Assembly (NCBI RefSeq): GCF_006345805.1
Contig: NC_043026.1
Coordinates: 8,804,001 to 8,868,000, forward strand
Reading direction: 5' to 3'
DNA length: 64,000 bases
DNA from: Octopus sinensis
Lineage: Eukaryota
The notes beneath the pieces were generated by a model. That model was not told the DNA's origin, did no database searches, and was given only the letters and a program-made list of their open reading frames with translations. Of this stretch, positions 13,585-26,170 are shown piece by piece (the stretch's first letter is position 1; the number at the start of each line of letters is the position of its first letter). Made by a program: the position numbers and the translations under genes.

Positions 13585-14995
13585 CTGATTGGGATTCATG
13601 ATCAAAAGCATTCCATCAATGACCGTCCCAAAATTTTACATCTATTTTGAACTGCACTATCTAAGGGGTCTTATGATATAAGACAAGGGTGTGATTAACG
13701 GCAAAATTGGCTGCTATTTCTTGTCTGTTGATTTACCACGTACCACAAGAAAACCATCCGAACGTGGCCGTAGCCAGTACCGCATCGACTGGCCTCCGTG
13801 CTGTGGGCACGTAACAAACACCATCCGATCGTGGCCGTTTGCCAGCCTCGTCTGGCACCTGTGTCGGTGGCACATAAAGAAACACCATCCGAGCGTGGCC
13901 GTTTGCCAGCCTCGTCTGGCACCTGTGTCGGTGGCACATAAAAAAACACCATCCGAGCGTGGCCGTTTGCCAGCCTCGTCTGGCACCTGTGTCGGTGGCA
14001 CATAAAATCACCCACTACACTCTCGGAGTGGTTGGCGTTAGGAAGGGCATCCAGCTGTAGAAACACTGCCAGATCTGACTGGACTGGTGCAGCTTTCGGG
14101 CTCCCCAGACCCCAGTTGAACCGTCCAACCCATGCTAGCATGGAAAGCGGACGTTAAATGATGATGATGATGATGATGATAGCCCCTCATTAGCTGAGAG
14201 TGTATGTTCTGTTTTGCTGATAAGAGAAGACTTTGGTCAACATTGTTAATCTAATCTGCTAAAAACAACAAAGAGAGAAGAGCATTTTATCAGGAGATAA
14301 TGTCATGCGTTGGTAACATTCCTCGTGTGTTGTAAGGTTGCTTAGTGATTGAGTTGGCGAGGGTGGGCATGGATGGCCCCATTGTCATTGCTTAACACAG
14401 GACGTAATGGGAACAAAGTCATTCCAAAGAACATATTTCAATATCTGAAGTGGTATTTAAAGTGGTGTGTGTCATATGGAGAGGTGTCTGATAAACAAGT
14501 ACAAGAAAACTGTGTGTATGTATGTTGTATCCATGTGAATGCATATATGTGGGTATATATGTGTATGTATAGATAGATATATGTGTGTGTGTGTGTGTGT
14601 GTGTATGTATATATACACACACAGAACGCAAAGATGGACGGAATGGCGCTAAGCATCTTGTCCGATTTGCTCACGACTCTCCAAGCTTGCCCCGGCAGAA
14701 TCGTTAGCACACCGGGAGAAATGATTAGCAGTATTTCGTTTGCCTTCACATTCTGAGTTCAAATTCCGTCTACCAAATCCACTCAGAAGGCTTTGGTTGG
14801 CCCGAGGCTATGGTACAAGACACTTACCCAAGGTGCCATGCAGTGGGATTGAACCCAGAACCATACAGTTGGGAAGCAATCTATACAGTTATACACATGT
14901 ATTCTTTTATTCTTTTACTTGTTTCAGTCATTTGACTGCGGCCATGCTGGGGCTTCACCTTGAAGCGTTTTTGTCAAACAATTTGCACACACCCC
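13585..14995. repeat. Local segmental duplicate of 4393-4960 and 10613-10990
   Basis: 13585-13743 plus 14179-14570 match 4393-4960; 14627-14995 matches 10613-10990. Confidence 0.85.
13744..14178 (+). mobile_element. RTE-tailed SINE-like element with ~63-bp internal units
   Basis: 3-4 units, then ggttggcgttaggaagggcatccag and tail acccatgctagcatggaaagcggacgttaa(atg)n. Absent from the paralogous site at 4551/4552. Confidence 0.85.
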
Positions 14996-15174
14996 CCCCC
15001 CCCCCCCCCCCCTCCACCCCACCCTCACCCTGGGTACTTCACCAAAGCAGTGGCAGAAGCAAGTGAAGTCCTGGGGCTGAGGAGAGAGAAGAGGAGGAGG
15101 AGGAGGAACGTCAGCTCTGCAGACCCAAAAGTGTGTCCCTTGATCCCTTATCTGGTGGTCATTCTGGAAACTAG

Positions 15175-15965
15175 GGATAGATGAATTGTTGGTGAGAGCT
15201 GTACAAGCCATGTACAGCGATGCTGTCAGTAAGGTGAGGGTTGGCAATGAGTATAGTGAAGAATTCCAGGTGGATGTAGGGGTTCACCCTCAACCCCCTC
15301 TTGTTCATCATAGCCCTCCAGGCAATAACAGAGACATTCAAGACAGGATGACCCTGGGAGTTCCTCTATGCTGGTGACCTTGCTCTAATAGCTGAGTCAC
15401 TGTGAGAACTAGAGAAGTTTCAAGTGTAAAAGCAAGGTCTAGAATCGAAGGGCCTTAGAGTCAACCTAGCAAAAACCGAAGTCTTAGTAAGTGGGAAGGC
15501 AGACAAACCACAAAATCTCTTCAGGTAGATGGCCCTGCTCGATCTGTAGGAAAGGCATAGGTAGAAACTCCATACGATGTACCTGGTGTAAGCTATGGAC
15601 ACACAAGAGGTGCAGCAATATCAAAGGTATGTTAATAGGGAAGATAAATTTTGTGTCACAGATGCACAGAGACAATAAACACTGAAGATGTACAGAAAAC
15701 AGATTCCATCATATGCCAGGGGGAGAAACTAGAAGTAGTTGATAGCTTCTGTTACCTAGGTGACCAAGGGAATAGCAGGGGGCGGGGATGCTCTGAGCGC
15801 ATAGCTGCTAGGATAAGAATAACTCCTACCCCTGCTGGTAAAAAAGATCTCTCACTCAGAGTGAAAGGTAGACTGTATGACGCATGTATGTGAACAGCTA
15901 TGTTACATGTCAGTGAAACATGGGCTGTGACTGCTGAAGACATGCTCAGGCTTCAAAGAAATGAA
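15175..15965 (+). mobile_element. Decayed RTE-clade LINE fragment
   Basis: LVRAVQAMYSDAVSKVRVGNEYSEEFQVDVGVH; Cys-rich WPCSICRKGIGRNSIRCTWCKLWTHKRCS; LEVVDSFCYLGD. Confidence 0.8.
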
Positions 15966-16103
15966 ATTATTAGGTTGTCACCCATGAAATGTTGTATTTG
16001 AAAGGTAATAATAAAATGTTTCAGAAGTGTCAGAGAACCGATTTATTTAATCAAAGTATGATCCATTTTCATTTGTGATGTTTACCCAACGTTTCTCTGT
16101 CAT

Positions 16104-16845
16104 ATGGATGGAAGCACTCCATCGGTTACGACGATGAGGGTTCCGGTTGATCCGAATCAACGGAACAGCCTGCTCGTGAAATTAACGTGTAAGTGGCTGA
16201 GCACTCCACAGACACGTGTACCCTTAACGTAGTTCTCGGGGATATTCAGCATGACACAGAGAGTGACAAGGCCGGCCCCTTGAAATGGATGGAAGCACTC
16301 CGTCGGTTACGACGACGACGAGGGTTCCGGTTGATCCGAATCAACGGAACAGCCTGCTCGTGAAATTAACGTGTAAGTGGCTGAGCACTCCACAGACACG
16401 TGTACCCTTAACGTAGTTCTCGGGGATATTCAGCGTGACACAGAGAGTGACAAGGCCGGCCCCTTGAAATGGATGGAAGCACTCCGTCGGTTACGACGAC
16501 GACGAGGGTTCCGGTTGATCCGAATCAACGGAACAGCCTGCTCGTGAAATTATCGTGTAAGTGGCTGAGTACTCCACAGACACGTGCACCCTTAACGTAG
16601 TTCTCGGGGATATTCAGCGTGACACAGAGAGTGACAAGGCCGGCCCTTTGAAATACAGGTACAACAGAAACAGGAAGTAAGAGTGAGAGAAAGTTGTGGT
16701 GAAAGAGTACAGCAGGGATCACTACCATCCCCTGCCAGAGCCTCGTGGAGCTTTAGATGTTTTCGCTGAATAAACACTCACAACGCCCGGTCTGGGAATC
16801 GAAACCGCGAGACCGCTGCCCTAACCACTGGGCCATTGCACCTCC
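16104..16845 (-). mobile_element. tRNA-derived SINE with triplicated 3' end (181-184 bp x3)
   Basis: Head caatggcccagtggttagggcagcgg...ggtttcgattccc; the tail unit atggatggaagcactcc starts at 16104, 16285 and 16469. Internally deleted copies at ~36745, 48045 and 60412. Confidence 0.85.
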
Positions 16846-17244
16846 ACCTATGTCATATATTCCATCTTTAAAAAAAAAAATTTCTTCTTTTGCTGTGATA
16901 AACTGTCCGAATGCTTCAATTACCTCTTCTCTATTTAACAATGTTTTATTGCTTATGAAAAGCTCAAAATGCTTAAAGAAGTGATGATCCGTAGGAGAGA
17001 TATCAGGGCAATAGGAACTGTGCAGCGGTTTGTAAGGCATCTTTCCATGCCAGCATGGAAAGCGGATGTTGATGATATACACATACATACATACATATAT
17101 ACATACACACATATATATGCACATACATACACACATATACACATACATACATGAATAGGCTTTCGATACAACAGCTGCACCCACAAAGCAAATTAAATAA
17201 AATTTGGGATTTTTCAGAGGGTCAAAATTAGTAAGAAAAACAGG

Positions 17245-17645
17245 ACTCTTTTACTCGTTTTAGTCATTTGACTGTGGCCATGCTGGAGCACCGCCTTTAA
17301 TCGAGCAACTCAACCCTGGGACTTATTCTTTTGTAAGCCCAGTACTTATTCTATCGGTCTCTTTTGCCGAACCGCTAAGTAACGGGGACATAAACACACC
17401 AGCATCGGTTGTCAAGTAATGTTAGGGGGACAAACACAGACACACAAACATACACGCACATACATATATACATACATATATACATATATATGACAGGCTT
17501 CTTTCAGTTTCCGTCTACCAAATCCACTCACAAGGCATTGGTTGGTCCGAGGCTATAGTAGAAGACACTTGCCCAAGGTGCCACGCAATGGGACTGAACC
17601 CAGAACCATGTGGTTGGTAAACAAGCTAATTACCACACAGCCACT
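17245..17645 (-). mobile_element. Near full-length tRNA-derived SINE
   Basis: Reverse complement of the 19200-19596 element. Confidence 0.8.
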
Positions 17646-17699
17646 AAATAAAAAAAAGGAAGGGCTGCTAAGCCTAAACAAGGTTGTGGTGGCAAACGC

Positions 17700-17940
17700 A
17701 TAAATCAAGTTTGGACAGGAGACAAAATCCCTAATTTTATTAAATTTGCTTTAATAAAATTTGCGGGAGCAACTGTTTCGTCGAAAGCGGATCTTGTTGT
17801 GAAATGCTCGAAATATGAGAGTAGAAAAAACAGCCAACGACTGATGAAGGGTCGTTCTTTTGTGTTGCTTGTCTTGTTTTCCATTTGTGTCTTTTCGCTG
17901 TTTGAAAAAATACTTCGTATTCCATGTACTCGTACTTCCT
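17700..17940 (+). mobile_element. Possible Penelope-like element 3' remnant
   Basis: KFALIKFAGATVSSKADLVVKCSKY resembles the EK..II...LLN...EL...CRH end of Penelope ORFs; followed by acgactgatgaagggtcgt. Confidence 0.3.
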
Positions 17941-17984
17941 GTTTTTTTTTTTAACGTTTCATGATGTCCTGTGCTTCACATATG

Positions 17985-17991
17985 CATCATC

Positions 17992-18023
<32 letters not shown>

Positions 18024-18768
18024 CGTCACCATCATCATAATAATAATAATCGTCACCATCATTATCATTGTCATCATCATCGTCACCATCATTATCATCG
18101 TCACCATCATTATCATCGTCATCATCGTCACCATCATTATCATCATCATCATCACTATCATCGTCACCATCATCACCATCATCATCATCATCGTCACCAT
18201 CATCATAATAATAATCGTCACCATCATTATCATTGTCATCATCATCGTCACCATCATTATCATCATTATCATCATCATCATCATCACCATCATCATCATC
18301 GTCACCATCATCATAATAATAATCATCACCATCATTATCATCGTCACCATCATCACCATCATCATCGTCACCATTATCATAATAATAATCGTCACCATCA
18401 TTATCGTCATCATCGTCACCATCATTATCATCATCATCATCATCACCATCATCATCATCGTCACCATCATCATAATAATAATCATCACCATCATTATCAT
18501 CGTCACCATCATCACCATCATCATCATCATCGTCACCATCATCATAATAATAATCATCGTCACCATCATTATCATCATCATCACCATCATCATCATCATC
18601 GTCACCATCATTATCATCGTCACCATCATAATAATAATCATCGTTACTATCACTATCATCGTCATCATCATCACCATCATCATCATCGTCATCATAATCA
18701 TCATCGTTATCATCATCTTTGTCATCATCATCACCATAATAATCATCATCATCATCATCATCATCGTT
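17985..18768. repeat. ~780-bp compound (CAT/CAC/CGT/AAT)n trinucleotide array
   Basis: Continuous with the (cat)n tail of the element at 18765-19138; recurring cgtcaccatcat and cataataataat submotifs. Confidence 0.95.
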
Positions 18769-19138
18769 TAACGTCCGTTTTCCATGCTGTCATGGGTTGG
18801 ACGGTTCAACTGGGGTCTGGGAAGCCAGAAGGCTGCACCAGGCTCCAGTTTGATCTGGCAGTGTTTATACAAATGGATACCCTTCCTAACGCTAACCACT
18901 CCGTGAGTGTACTGGGTGCTTTTTACGTCCCACAGGCACAGGTGCCGGACGAGGCTGGCAAACGGCCACGATCGGATGGTGCATTTTACATGCCACCGGC
19001 ACGGGGGCCAGGTGATGCTGGCAACGGCCACGAACGGATGGTGCTTTTTACGTGTCACCGGCATGGAGGCCAGTCGGGGCGGTGCTGGCAACGGCCACGT
19101 TCGGAATGGTTCTCTTACGTGCCATCGGCACTGGTATC
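18765..19138 (-). mobile_element. RTE-tailed SINE-like element with 63-bp units, 5' end intact
   Basis: Same body as 13744; 5' end gataccagtgccgatggcacgtaagagaacc is shared with the copy ending at 27817. Confidence 0.85.
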
Positions 19139-19199
19139 TCAGCTACAATTTCCATTGATGTTGATCGATTTTGATTTTCATTTTCACTATATATATATA

Positions 19200-19596
19200 G
19201 GCGCAGGAGTGGCTGTGTGGTAAGTAGCTTGCTTACAAACCACATGGTTCCGGGTTCAGTCCCACTACGTGGCATCTTGGGAAAGTGTCTTCTGCTATAG
19301 CCCTGGGCCAACCAATTCCTTGTGAGTGGATTTAGTAGACGGAAACTGAAAGAAGCCCGTCGTATGTATGTATATATATATATGTGTGTGTATGTTTGTG
19401 TCTGTGTTTGTCCCCCTAGCATTGCTTGACAACCGATGCTGGTGTGTTTACGTCCCCGTAACTTGGCGGTTCGGCAAAAAGAGACCGATAGAATAAGTAC
19501 TGGGCTTACAAAGAATAATTCCCGGGGTCGATTTGCTCGGCTAAAGGCGGTGCTCCAGCATGGCCAGTCAAATGACTGAAACAAGTAAAAGAGTAT
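19200..19596 (+). mobile_element. Full-length tRNA-derived SINE
   Basis: A-box-like tggctgtgtgg, B-box-like ggttcagtccc, central (TA/TG)n, tail gtcaaatgactgaaacaagtaaaagagta. Confidence 0.85.
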
Positions 19597-20014
19597 AGAT
19601 GTAAGTATGTACATATATGTATGTATATATGCATATATATATCTATATATATATTATTTATATGATACACACATATACATTAACCTCAACCAGTCGCTCT
19701 TAATAATCTTGAATCATCTAACAATGGCCAGTGTTTCGTGTATGTTTGTGTCGGTATCTTTTATTTTGTACTTGTTTCAGTCATTTGGCTGTGGCCATGC
19801 TGGGGCACCACCTTGAAGAACTTTTAGTTGAATGAATCAACCCCTGAACTTAGGTTTCTGTGAAGCCTGGTACTTATTCCATCAGTCTCTTTGCTGAACT
19901 GCTAGGTTACAGTGACATAAACCCATCAGCATTCGTTGTCAAGCGATAGTAGGGGTCAAAACACAGACACACACACAAATATATATACATACATATATAT
20001 ATATATATATATAT

Positions 20015-20499
20015 GACACATAAAAGCACCCTCCGTTCGTGGCCGTTTGCCAGCTCTGTCTGGCCCCCGTGTCGGTGGCACGTAAAAGCACCATCCGTTC
20101 GTGTCCGTTGCCAGCCTCGCCTGGGCCCCGTGCCGGTGACACGTAAAAGCACCCTCCGTTCGTGGCTGTTTGCCAGCTCTGTCTGGCCCCCGTGTCGGTG
20201 GCACGTAAAAGCACCATCCGTTCGTGTCCGTTGCCAGCCTCGCCTGGGCCCCGTGCTGGTGACACGTAAAAGCACCATCCGTTCATGGCCGTTTGCCAGC
20301 TCTGTCTGGCACTTGTGCAGGTGGCATGTAAAAAGCACCCACTACACTCACGGAGTGGTTCGCGTTAGGAAGGGCATCCAGCCGTAGAAACACTGCCAGA
20401 TCTGACTGGGCCTGATGAAGCCTTCCAGCTTCACAGACCCCAGCTGAACCGTCCAACCCATGCTAGCATGGAAAGCGGAAGCTAAATGATGATGATGAT
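20015..20499 (+). mobile_element. RTE-tailed SINE-like element with ~5 units in a 123-bp dimer pattern
   Basis: aaaagcaccctccg at 20022 and 20145; two alternating unit types; (atg)n tail. Confidence 0.85.
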
Positions 20500-20734
20500 A
20501 TATATATACACACACACACAGATGAGCTTCTTTCAGTTTCTGCGTTCCAAATCCACTCACCACGCTTTGGTCGACCCAAGGCTATAGTAGAAGACACTTG
20601 CCCAAGCTGCCATGCAGTGGGATTGAACCCAGATCCATGCAGTGGGGAAGCAAGCTTCTTACCACACAGCCACACCTTTCATAACAAAATTCATGCAAAA
20701 CAAATTCAAAATCTGGAAGAAATTGCTTTCATTA

Positions 20735-21640
20735 AAAAAAAGTATCCCACAGGTAAGTTACCTGAGATGTGGTGACATAAACTATAGAGTTGGGAGGTTG
20801 TTATCACACACTGCTCTACTTCCTCTCCTGTGCGAATACATTTATAGTTAAAGAGTGCCCCTTTTCTTTCTTTGGCCTAAAAGGAGCTTTGACAATTACA
20901 GCAATTCCCTGATGAGTAGCTTGGTTATTGCCATGGAGAAAGCCCACAACACTATCACCAATTTAGGAGGAGCTCAAAATGCTTATTGTTCTTATGAATT
21001 GTCACATTGATAGTCATACATCTATATGAATAGATACACATTTAGTTAACACCAGAAGTACCGAGCGGTCATTTATCACCAATTCTGCTTATTACATTTT
21101 AATTTCTACAACTGTATTGAATGTGCTATCATGAACATCATATCAAGTATATGTGCATAGATATATATTTTTATGGAGAAAGCCCACAACACTACCATTT
21201 TAGGAGGAGCTCATGTTTTTAAAAAGCATATCCCACAGGTAAGTTATTTTACAAACTATAGAGGTGGGAAGTTGTTACCACACACAGTTCTTTCTCCATT
21301 CCTGTGTGAATATACAGTTGTAGAAAGTGTCCCTTATTTATTTACTTTTTTGTCATAGAAGGAACTTCCACAATTACATCAATTCCCTGATGAGTAGCTT
21401 GGTTACTGCCATGGAGAAAGCCCAGAACACTATCACCAATTTAGGAGGAGCTCAAAATGCTTATTGTTCTTATGAATTGTCACATTGATAGTCACACATC
21501 TATATGAATAGATACACATTTAGTGAACACTACAAATGCCGAGGGGTCATTTATCACCAATTCTGCTTATTACTTTTTAATTTCTACAACTGTATTGAAT
21601 GGTGCAATCATGAGCATCATTTCATGTGTATAGATATATA
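20735..21640. repeat. 478-bp tandem duplication; third related copy at ~28790-29100
   Basis: ttccctgatgagtagc at 20905 and 21383; minus strand retains KCI(H/R)TG(E/D) finger-linker remnants. Confidence 0.75.
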
Positions 21641-21969
21641 ATTTTTGCATGCAAATAAATGCTAAAAGAATGCATTTTCAAATCCTTTATTCACTGCATT
21701 TGTTTATATTTAAAATAAATTCTATTACATAAAAATTTTCATTGGCAATCAAAAATGATTGCCATGGTCCTTGCACTAAGAAATATTGGTATTTCCTGTG
21801 TTAATCTTTTAGAATTTAAATCAGCCATATCCGGCCCAAATTCTCTACTTATTTTTTAATCAAACTAGCCAGACTTGGCCTCTTATGCCTACCCGACAAT
21901 GTCATTCTAAAAATAAACACTCCATTCAAATTTGAAAGCTGTCAGATAATGCCCGATGAATTCAAAATA

Positions 21970-22562
<593 letters not shown>

Positions 22563-23477
22563 TCAGTCATATGGCTTCTCTCCTATATGGAAACGTTTGT
22601 GAGTAGCTAAGCTGTCACTTTGGCAGAATGATTTACCACAGACATCACAGTGACAAGGCTTCTCCCCAGTATGAATACGTTTGTGTACAGTCAAGTTATA
22701 ATTTCGAGAGAATGATTTACCACAGATGTCACAGTCAAATGGTTTCTGCCCTGTATGAATACATTTGTGTTTAGTTAGGGTAATACTTTTAGAGAAAGAC
22801 TTGCCACAGATGTTGCAGTGATATGGCTTCTCCCCTGTATGAACACGTATGTGAGTAGTTAAAACACTACTTTGAGAGAATGATTTACCACAGATGTTAC
22901 AGTGAAATGGCTTCTCTCCTGTATGAACGCGTATGTGAGTAGTTAAGATACTTTGGTCAGAGAATGATGTACCACAGACATCACAGTGATAAGGCTTCTC
23001 TCCTGTATGAAGACGTTTGTGTGAAGTCAAGCTACCTTTCTGAAAGAATGATTTACCACAAATGTCACAGTGAAATGGCTTCTCTCCTGTATGAACACGC
23101 TTGTGATAATTTAAGGCACTTCGGTTGGAGAATGACATACTACAGACATCACAGGGATATGGCTTCTCCCCTGTATGCAGACGTTTGTGTCTAGTCAAGT
23201 TATGTTTTTGAAAGAATGATTTACCACAGATGTCACAGTGAAATGGCTTCTCCACTGTATGAATACGCTTGTGTTTAGTTACATGAAGTTTTTGAGAGAA
23301 TGATTTACCACAGATGTCGCAGTAAAATGGTTTCTCTACTGTATGAATAAGTTTGTGCTTATTTAAGTAAGCCTTTTGAGAGAAGGACTTTTTACACACA
23401 TCACAGTCATGTGACAATTTTTGTTTCCCTTTTTCTTCTGGAAAAATCAGTTCCTTTAATTTCCCACTCTTTTCCAT
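22563..23477 (-). CDS. C2H2 zinc-finger protein Z0 (10 intact fingers, truncated by frameshift)
   Basis: 304 aa; [24 protein letters not shown] leader, then 10 C-x2-C-x12-H-x3-H fingers with TGEKP linkers. Confidence 0.85.
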   Translation of the reverse strand: MEKSGKLKELIFPEEKGKQKLSHDCDVCKKSFSQKAYLNKHKLIHTVEKPFYCDICGKSFSQKLHVTKHKRIHTVEKPFHCDICGKSFFQKHNLTRHKRLHTGEKPYPCDVCSMSFSNRSALNYHKRVHTGEKPFHCDICGKSFFQKGSLTSHKRLHTGEKPYHCDVCGTSFSDQSILTTHIRVHTGEKPFHCNICGKSFSQSSVLTTHIRVHTGEKPYHCNICGKSFSKSITLTKHKCIHTGQKPFDCDICGKSFSRNYNLTVHKRIHTGEKPCHCDVCGKSFCQSDSLATHKRFHIGEKPYD

Positions 23478-23495
23478 TATTTTTCTTCGAAAATC

Positions 23496-23539
<44 letters not shown>

Positions 23540-23856
23540 CTTCTTTTCTGCTTCTAGAGTTTTTTTTTGGTTTTTTTTACAAATATTTCATTTACTGTAT
23601 TTCAGTCCATTGTTACTTTTGTCTCAAAACTCTTTAGTGAATTTATCCAAGAGACACATCTTGTAGACACTCTGGCCAGTGATGTCCAGAAGGTTTACTA
23701 ATAACACATTTCAGAGTAAATATATCAGAGGAATTCTGCCATAGATTTATAGAAACAATCTTATATATCTGTTCTGTACAATATTTCCATTTTGGTCTTT
23801 AAAAGATGATAAATAATGAGAATGTATCTTCAGTTATGCCAATGTCATCTGATATT

Positions 23857-24999
23857 CTGAAATAATAAAGAAACAACAGTGTAAGATATAGAGGCTACTT
23901 AAAAAAATACAGATTCAACATTTCCATAAAGGTAAGTTCTAGAAATAAACATTTACCTGAACAACAGAACTTTTTAATTTATTAAAATTGACATGAGAAA
24001 ATCTTGTGTGTAGCTAATGTGTTTGTAAACTCCAGCTACACATTCACATTTATATATATATATGTAAAGTTGAAGTTGTCTGTGTATGGCAGGTTTGGTA
24101 GCCTTCAACTAACACTATCTCCTCTGAGACCCTGCAGCGCAAGTTGACCAAAATTGAGAGTATGATAGAAGAAGACTTGCTCTTCCTTCCCACCAAAAAT
24201 TATTTACATCAAAAAGGTGCTTTTTTTCTATGAAACGAAAGATTGCCAAAATCGATATTTTAATCTGCAATCTCAATTACAATCGGGTTGAAAGTTGGGG
24301 AAAATTTTCTTGAAAATAAAAAAATGGACCTGCAACCTATTTTCAGTCCTAAACATAATGTAGCAATACCCACAGTATAACAATTGGGGAGGCACATGGC
24401 CTAGTGGTTAGAGCAGCGGACTAGCGGTCGACGGATCGCGGGTTCGAATCACAGACCGAACGATGTGTGTGTTTATGAGCGAAAACACCTCGGCTCCGGC
24501 AGAAGGTAATGGTGAAACTTCTGCTGACTCTTTCGCCACAACTTTCTCTCACTCTTTCCTCCTGCATATTGCAGCTCACCTGCGACGGACTGGCGTCCAG
24601 TCCAGGTGGGGAACCTATACGCCAGGGAAACCGGCCCTTATGAGCAAGGCATGGCTCGGGAAGGAACGAACAACACAGTATAACAATTACGAACACGTTG
24701 GGAGAAATAGGAAATTACTCATTTTGCCCCGCTTACTAATTTCGTCCCCTTCCCCATATCAAGTGACAAGCATTCGATCAATTATAATAAAGCATTGGAT
24801 TCTCAGCATTTCTGTGGTTGGAGTTTATTTGGGAATATTTCCTCAACTAAAACACACAACAAACAAACGCGGAAAAATGATGGAGCGTGTAGGAGGTTGC
24901 CGCCATAGCTAGAAATAGCAGCCAAATTACGCACACATCAAAGGACATCTGAGATACGAATTATTAAAAGATTAAATGTTTTTATTGTTTAATACTCAC
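23857..24999 (-). other. Predicted 5'-UTR intron of Z0
   Basis: Donor GTGAGT at 24999; acceptor tttctttattatttcAG at 23857. Both sites are positionally conserved in all six ZF genes. Confidence 0.55.
24386..24673 (+). mobile_element. tRNA-derived SINE with 15-bp target-site duplication
   Basis: cacagtataacaatt at 24371-24385 and 24674-24688; A box tggcctagtgg, B box ggttcgaatc; absent from the homologous A-gene introns. Confidence 0.9.
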
Positions 25000-25154
25000 G
25001 AAAATGTTTTTACAAAGGATGGTGTTGTCGTTGTTATGAGTGCTTCAGGTGGTTGAGAAATCTATTATAAATGTGTTTGGGAGTGAATTGAGAGAAATTC
25101 TGGCACCAGACACGTGTGTCAAGACGTAATGAATGGAGACGGAAGTACGTTTCG

Positions 25155-25164
25155 TGCGCATGCG
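25155..25164. promoter_or_regulatory. NRF1-like motif upstream of Z0 exon 1
   Basis: tgcgcatgcg, ~155 bp from the predicted donor; conserved in all paralogs. Confidence 0.5.
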
Positions 25165-25476
25165 TATAAAATACTGGCTTCAAATTTTAGCACAAGGCCA
25201 GCAATTTTGGGGGGGGGGGTGAAATATTGGTTTCAAATTTTGGCACTAGGCCAGCAATTTTGGCAGAGGGGTGGTGCGTAATTTGATTCCATGGACCTCA
25301 GTTGTCGAATTCCAGAAAAAAAAGGATATTTTCTAATGAAATTTTCAACAAATTCGCTTCAGATGCTGTAGATTACGACTGTGAAAAAGTCGTTTTGTCT
25401 TCTGCTATAGCCTCGGGCCGACCAAAGCCTTGCGAGTGGATTTGGTAGACGGAAACTGAAAGAAGCCCGTCGTATA

Positions 25477-25533
<57 letters not shown>

Positions 25534-25612
25534 TAGCAGTATCGCCCGGCGTTGCTCTGGTTTGTAAGGGAAATAACACACATACACACACACATATATA
25601 TATACATACATA

Positions 25613-25952
25613 CGACAGGCTTCTTTCAGTTTCCGTCTACTAAATCCACTCACAAGGCATTGGTCAGCCCGGGGCTATAGCAGAAGACACTTGCCCAAGA
25701 TGCCACGCAGTGGGACTGAACCCAGAACCATGTGGTTGGTTAGCAAGCTACTTACCACACAGCCACACCTGCGCCTATATATATATATGTATATATACGA
25801 CGGGCTTCTTTCAGTTTCCGTCTACTAAATCCACTCACAAGGCATTGGTCGGCCCGGGGCTATAGTAGACAACACTTGCCCAAGATGCCACGCAGTGGGA
25901 CTGAACCCGCAACCATGTGGTTGGTTAGCAAGCTACTTACCACACAGCCACT
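25613..25952 (-). mobile_element. Two tandem 5'-half SINE copies (19200 family)
   Basis: acgac(a/g)ggcttctttcagtttccg...cctgcgcc occurs twice; a partial third copy at ~25400-25470. Confidence 0.75.
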
Positions 25953-26170
25953 CCTGCGCCTATATATAAAAAAAATACAAATTTTACGGAAAGTGACGAT
26001 GTTCTTCAAATGTAAACAAATACACATGATGTAAACGGGACTAATATCGAAAGAATACCCTATAGTAGAAGACACTTGCCCAGTGTCATATAGTGGGATT
26101 GAACCTAGAACCATGAGGTTGAGAAGCAAATTATTTACCACATAGCCACTCTTGCACCTATGTATATACA

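Noticed and set aside
17961-19223. Poly-His, poly-Ile and poly-Met ORFs
   Set aside because: Translations of the (CAT)n tail array plus the adjacent element.
20905-21425. CTGATGA...GAAA as hammerhead ribozymes
   Set aside because: No G-C-closed stem II before GAAA and no convincing stems I or III.
25533-25577. Helitron/HINE-like terminus tactagcagtatcgcccggcgttgc
   Set aside because: Only ~45 bp with no matching other end; too little to call.
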